Source: Gemmatimonadales bacterium (GTDB taxonomy: Bacteria > Gemmatimonadota > Gemmatimonadetes > Gemmatimonadales > GWC2-71-9). From it: a stretch of 64,000 nucleotides of DNA. The notes under the pieces were generated by a model. It was not told the DNA's origin and did no database searches. It saw nothing but the letters and a program-made list of their open reading frames with translations. Every line of letters starts with the position of its first letter. Position 1 is the stretch's first letter. Positions 61,541 through 64,000 of the stretch are shown piece by piece. Location of the stretch: contig JBQTHV010000108.1 of assembly GCA_052389555.1 (NCBI GenBank), positions 35 to 64,034 on the forward strand, written 5' to 3'. The translations under genes were made by a program, and so were the position numbers.

Positions 61541-61569
61541 TTGACCACGATTAGTCCGAGCGTTATCTT
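61541..61569 (+). promoter_or_regulatory. candidate sigma70-type promoter for the surface-protein gene
   Basis: TTGACC (61541-46), 17-nt spacer, TATCTT (61564-69). It sits in the least G+C-rich stretch of the window and would give a ~250-nt leader. Confidence 0.3.
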
Positions 61570-61824
61570 GGCCGCGCTGTCAAAAGCCAACCCCTTGAGC
61601 AGCTTCAAGGGCACAACCAAATCACATCGGATGGGCGGGGCAAATTTTTTCCGCTCCTTCGATGCTCACCTGTAGTGTGCCCTTGAACGGGGTGACGCAA
61701 TTCCCTGCGTCGCGCAGTTGCAGGATAGCACTCGCGGGTTAGATGGTGTTGTCGGACTGAAGACTGTACTTCCGAGGATTGCAGGTCAGTTGGGCAGGAT
61801 CACCTACCACTCCTGAGGGGGGAT

Positions 61825-64000
61825 ATGAGTAAGCTCAACCGTTCCTTGCTGTGGTCCGGCTTGGTCGTAGCGGGCGTGGCAGCATGCGGTGACGATGTCA
61901 CCGTGACGCCGCCACCTCCGCCACCTCCACCGACCTGCAGCAGCGTCAGCGTGGCGCCTAGCGGCGTAACGCTGGTTCACCCCACGACCCAGCAGATGAC
62001 AGCGGCGGTCAGTTGCGACGCCGGCATCGCGACTGCGGTGACGTGGTCGGCGAGCCCGGCGAGCGTGGCGACTATTAACGCGAGCGGGTTGCTGACCACC
62101 GCGGGCACCGGCAATGTTGCCGTGCAGGCCTGCGTGACCGCGGTGCCGACGGTTTGCGGCGTCGCGACGCTCAGCGTCACGACTGGGCCCGTGCCGACGG
62201 TCACCCAGGTCCTGGTGAGTCCGGCCAACGCCGTGATGACCCGGCCGGCCACTGGTACCACTACCCTCCAGCTCACCGCCGCCGTCATCGGCACCAACAA
62301 TCCGCCCCAGGCCGTGACCTGGTCGCTGGCCACCGCGGTCACCGGGGTTTCGGTGAGCGCGACGGGTCTCCTGACCATCTCCTCGACCACGCCGGCGGGA
62401 ACCTTCAACGTCCAGGCGTGCTCGACCCTGGCTGGGTTCACCACGGTCTGCGGTTCTGCCGCGGTCAACGTGCAGATCCCGGCCCCCGCCACGGTCAGCA
62501 TCCAGAGCATCACCTGGGTGCCGCAGACGCCCGGAACCTGCATCGTGATTCCGGCCAGCGTTCCGCAGCCGGTCGTCCTGACCAACGTGAACTGCCAGAT
62601 CGAGGTTACCGCGAACGTCAATGCGGGTGACCAGCAGCTCGGGCGCCTCGACATCTTGATCGGCGGCGAGGTGGTCGCGAGCCAGACCTTCCCCGGCACG
62701 GTTGCCGCCGAGGGTGAAGAGGCGGCCATCAGCGCTCCGGTCGATATCACCCAGAGCGTCAACACCCGCCAGCTCCAGGATGCCGGGGCCAACAAGATCC
62801 CGGTGATCTTCAACGGGAACAAGCAGGTCGTGGCCAATCTGTACGTCGTGGGAGCGGCCGTGCCGCTTGCGTCCAACGCCGTACCGGTGGTGATGAACAA
62901 CCTGGACATCTTCCACGTCACGCCGGGCATTGACGGCGCGAGCCTGCTGCGGACGGCGGTAGTTGCGCCAGCTCCGGTCGTGGCTGGCGGCGCCACCTGG
63001 TGGAAGGGCACCCAGACGGCGTCCGGGAACTTCATCGCCTACTCCGCCACCACGCCCACTGCCTTCGTTTGGGCGGCGGGAACGGTCTGCGCCACCACGC
63101 CCGCCGGTGTGATTACGGGAACTCCGACGGCCGGAATCGTGGTCGCCGGCGTGTTTGCCTGCGCCGCGGTTGAGGGGCAGAACTTCCTGAATGGGGCCTC
63201 GCCGACGTCGGGAGCCGCAGGGTCATTGGTTTACGGTACCGCTACCACGGGGCCGGACGGAACCGTCCTGGCCACTGGTGGCGCCCCGCTGCCGCTGCCG
63301 GCTCCGGGTGCCAACATGACGGCGCTGACCTACACCAACGTGGGGAGTGCCTATACGGTGCCCACGGGCCCGCTCGCTGCGCCCGCGCCGGAGAGCCGAT
63401 ATAACCCGACGCCGTATGCCGTGGGTTTGGCGGCAACCGCAGGGCCCCCGGCGACCCCGAATTTCTTCGCGGGGCTGCCGAGCGGATTCATTGACAACGA
63501 AGGCCCATCGGTCGATATCGCGAGCAGCACTACGCTGCTCTTCGCGGCTGCGCCACCGCTTCCAGCGGCTGCCGGTCCGCGGCCGGTGTCCTTCTTCGCC
63601 CCGTCTGCCGCCAACCCCAGCTTCGATCAGTACTGGATCAGCGGCGGGGTGGCGGCGAGCGCGACCTCGCCTGCGTTTGGCCCCTTTGGTCTCGCGGTCT
63701 GCGCTCCGGGTTCGACCAAGACGGCTGATGCGACGCCTCCGGGTGGCGCATTTACGGCTGGCGTGTTCGCGCCGGGCTGCGGTACGTCCGGCTACATCGC
63801 GGCGGCGGACGGTGGTGTTGGCTTAGACGCCGCCACCCGGACCGCTCGCCGGGTTGATCTCACCACTTCGACCGGCACGGCGGCCGATGCGTGCGCCGGG
63901 CCGGATGTAACGAACGGCGGCGATGCGGACATTCCGCCGACGTTGGCGAGTTCCTGGAACGCCGGCCCCGGCACGCCGCCTGCCATGAGCACGGGCTATA
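61825..64000 (+). CDS. large surface lipoprotein with Big_2-like Ig domains (3' end beyond window)
   Basis: Absent from the track (no stop in window). RBS GAGGGGGG, then MSKLNRSLLWSGLVVAGVAAC lipobox, PPPPPPPP linker, repeated V.V.P....L......Q.TA.V...GL.T...G...V.A segments. Confidence 0.75.
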   Translation, partial: MSKLNRSLLWSGLVVAGVAACGDDVTVTPPPPPPPPTCSSVSVAPSGVTLVHPTTQQMTAAVSCDAGIATAVTWSASPASVATINASGLLTTAGTGNVAVQACVTAVPTVCGVATLSVTTGPVPTVTQVLVSPANAVMTRPATGTTTLQLTAAVIGTNNPPQAVTWSLATAVTGVSVSATGLLTISSTTPAGTFNVQACSTLAGFTTVCGSAAVNVQIPAPATVSIQSITWVPQTPGTCIVIPASVPQPVVLTNVNCQIEVTANVNAGDQQLGRLDILIGGEVVASQTFPGTVAAEGEEAAISAPVDITQSVNTRQLQDAGANKIPVIFNGNKQVVANLYVVGAAVPLASNAVPVVMNNLDIFHVTPGIDGASLLRTAVVAPAPVVAGGATWWKGTQTASGNFIAYSATTPTAFVWAAGTVCATTPAGVITGTPTAGIVVAGVFACAAVEGQNFLNGASPTSGAAGSLVYGTATTGPDGTVLATGGAPLPLPAPGANMTALTYTNVGSAYTVPTGPLAAPAPESRYNPTPYAVGLAATAGPPATPNFFAGLPSGFIDNEGPSVDIASSTTLLFAAAPPLPAAAGPRPVSFFAPSAANPSFDQYWISGGVAASATSPAFGPFGLAVCAPGSTKTADATPPGGAFTAGVFAPGCGTSGYIAAADGGVGLDAATRTARRVDLTTSTGTAADACAGPDVTNGGDADIPPTLASSWNAGPGTPPAMSTGY

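Noticed and set aside
1-64000. Mobile genetic elements, prophage, toxin-antitoxin, restriction-modification or known defence systems
   Set aside because: No transposase, integrase, phage structural, nuclease/methylase or defence-associated domains were recognised in any supported ORF. The only compositionally atypical segment is the four-helix-bundle cassette.

Overview
High-G+C (about two-thirds by eye) chromosomal window from a diderm bacterium, densely coding. I call 51 CDS and see no rRNA, tRNA, CRISPR array, transposase or integrase. Gene order: type IV minor-pilin operon (-), glyQS, small-protein cluster including a ubiquitin-like ORF, HDAC-like deacetylase, dipeptide epimerase, priA, nadA-nadC, TonB-dependent receptor, ccdA, ggt, a translationally coupled peptidoglycan-recycling operon (murQ-anmK-nagZ-SSF transporter), a four-helix-bundle gene cassette, PP2C phosphatase plus Ser/Thr kinase, MurNAc-L-Ala amidase, GWxTD-like protein, class II RNR (nrdJ), a ~23 kb Wzx/Wzy-type polysaccharide locus (34.6-57.3 kb), aldo/keto reductase, ispG, ccdA-tlpA, and a Big_2 surface lipoprotein running off the 3' end. 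The most unusual content is non-genic. (1) The 9-mer CCTAACCCG/CGGGTTAGG occurs about 30 times where roughly 1 is expected, in both orientations, and is written into coding frames with rare codons. (2) Short tandem arrays of 7-, 8-, 9- and 14-nt units abut almost every stop codon, often as inverted pairs forming long hairpins. (3) The same arrays occur in frame inside conserved proteins and form a shared N-terminal leader on two unrelated exported proteins. (4) One inverted octamer-array pair encloses a complete four-helix-bundle (23S-IVS/Avd-like) gene of lower G+C. All functional calls rest on motifs I recognise in the translations. No searches were run and all counts are by eye.
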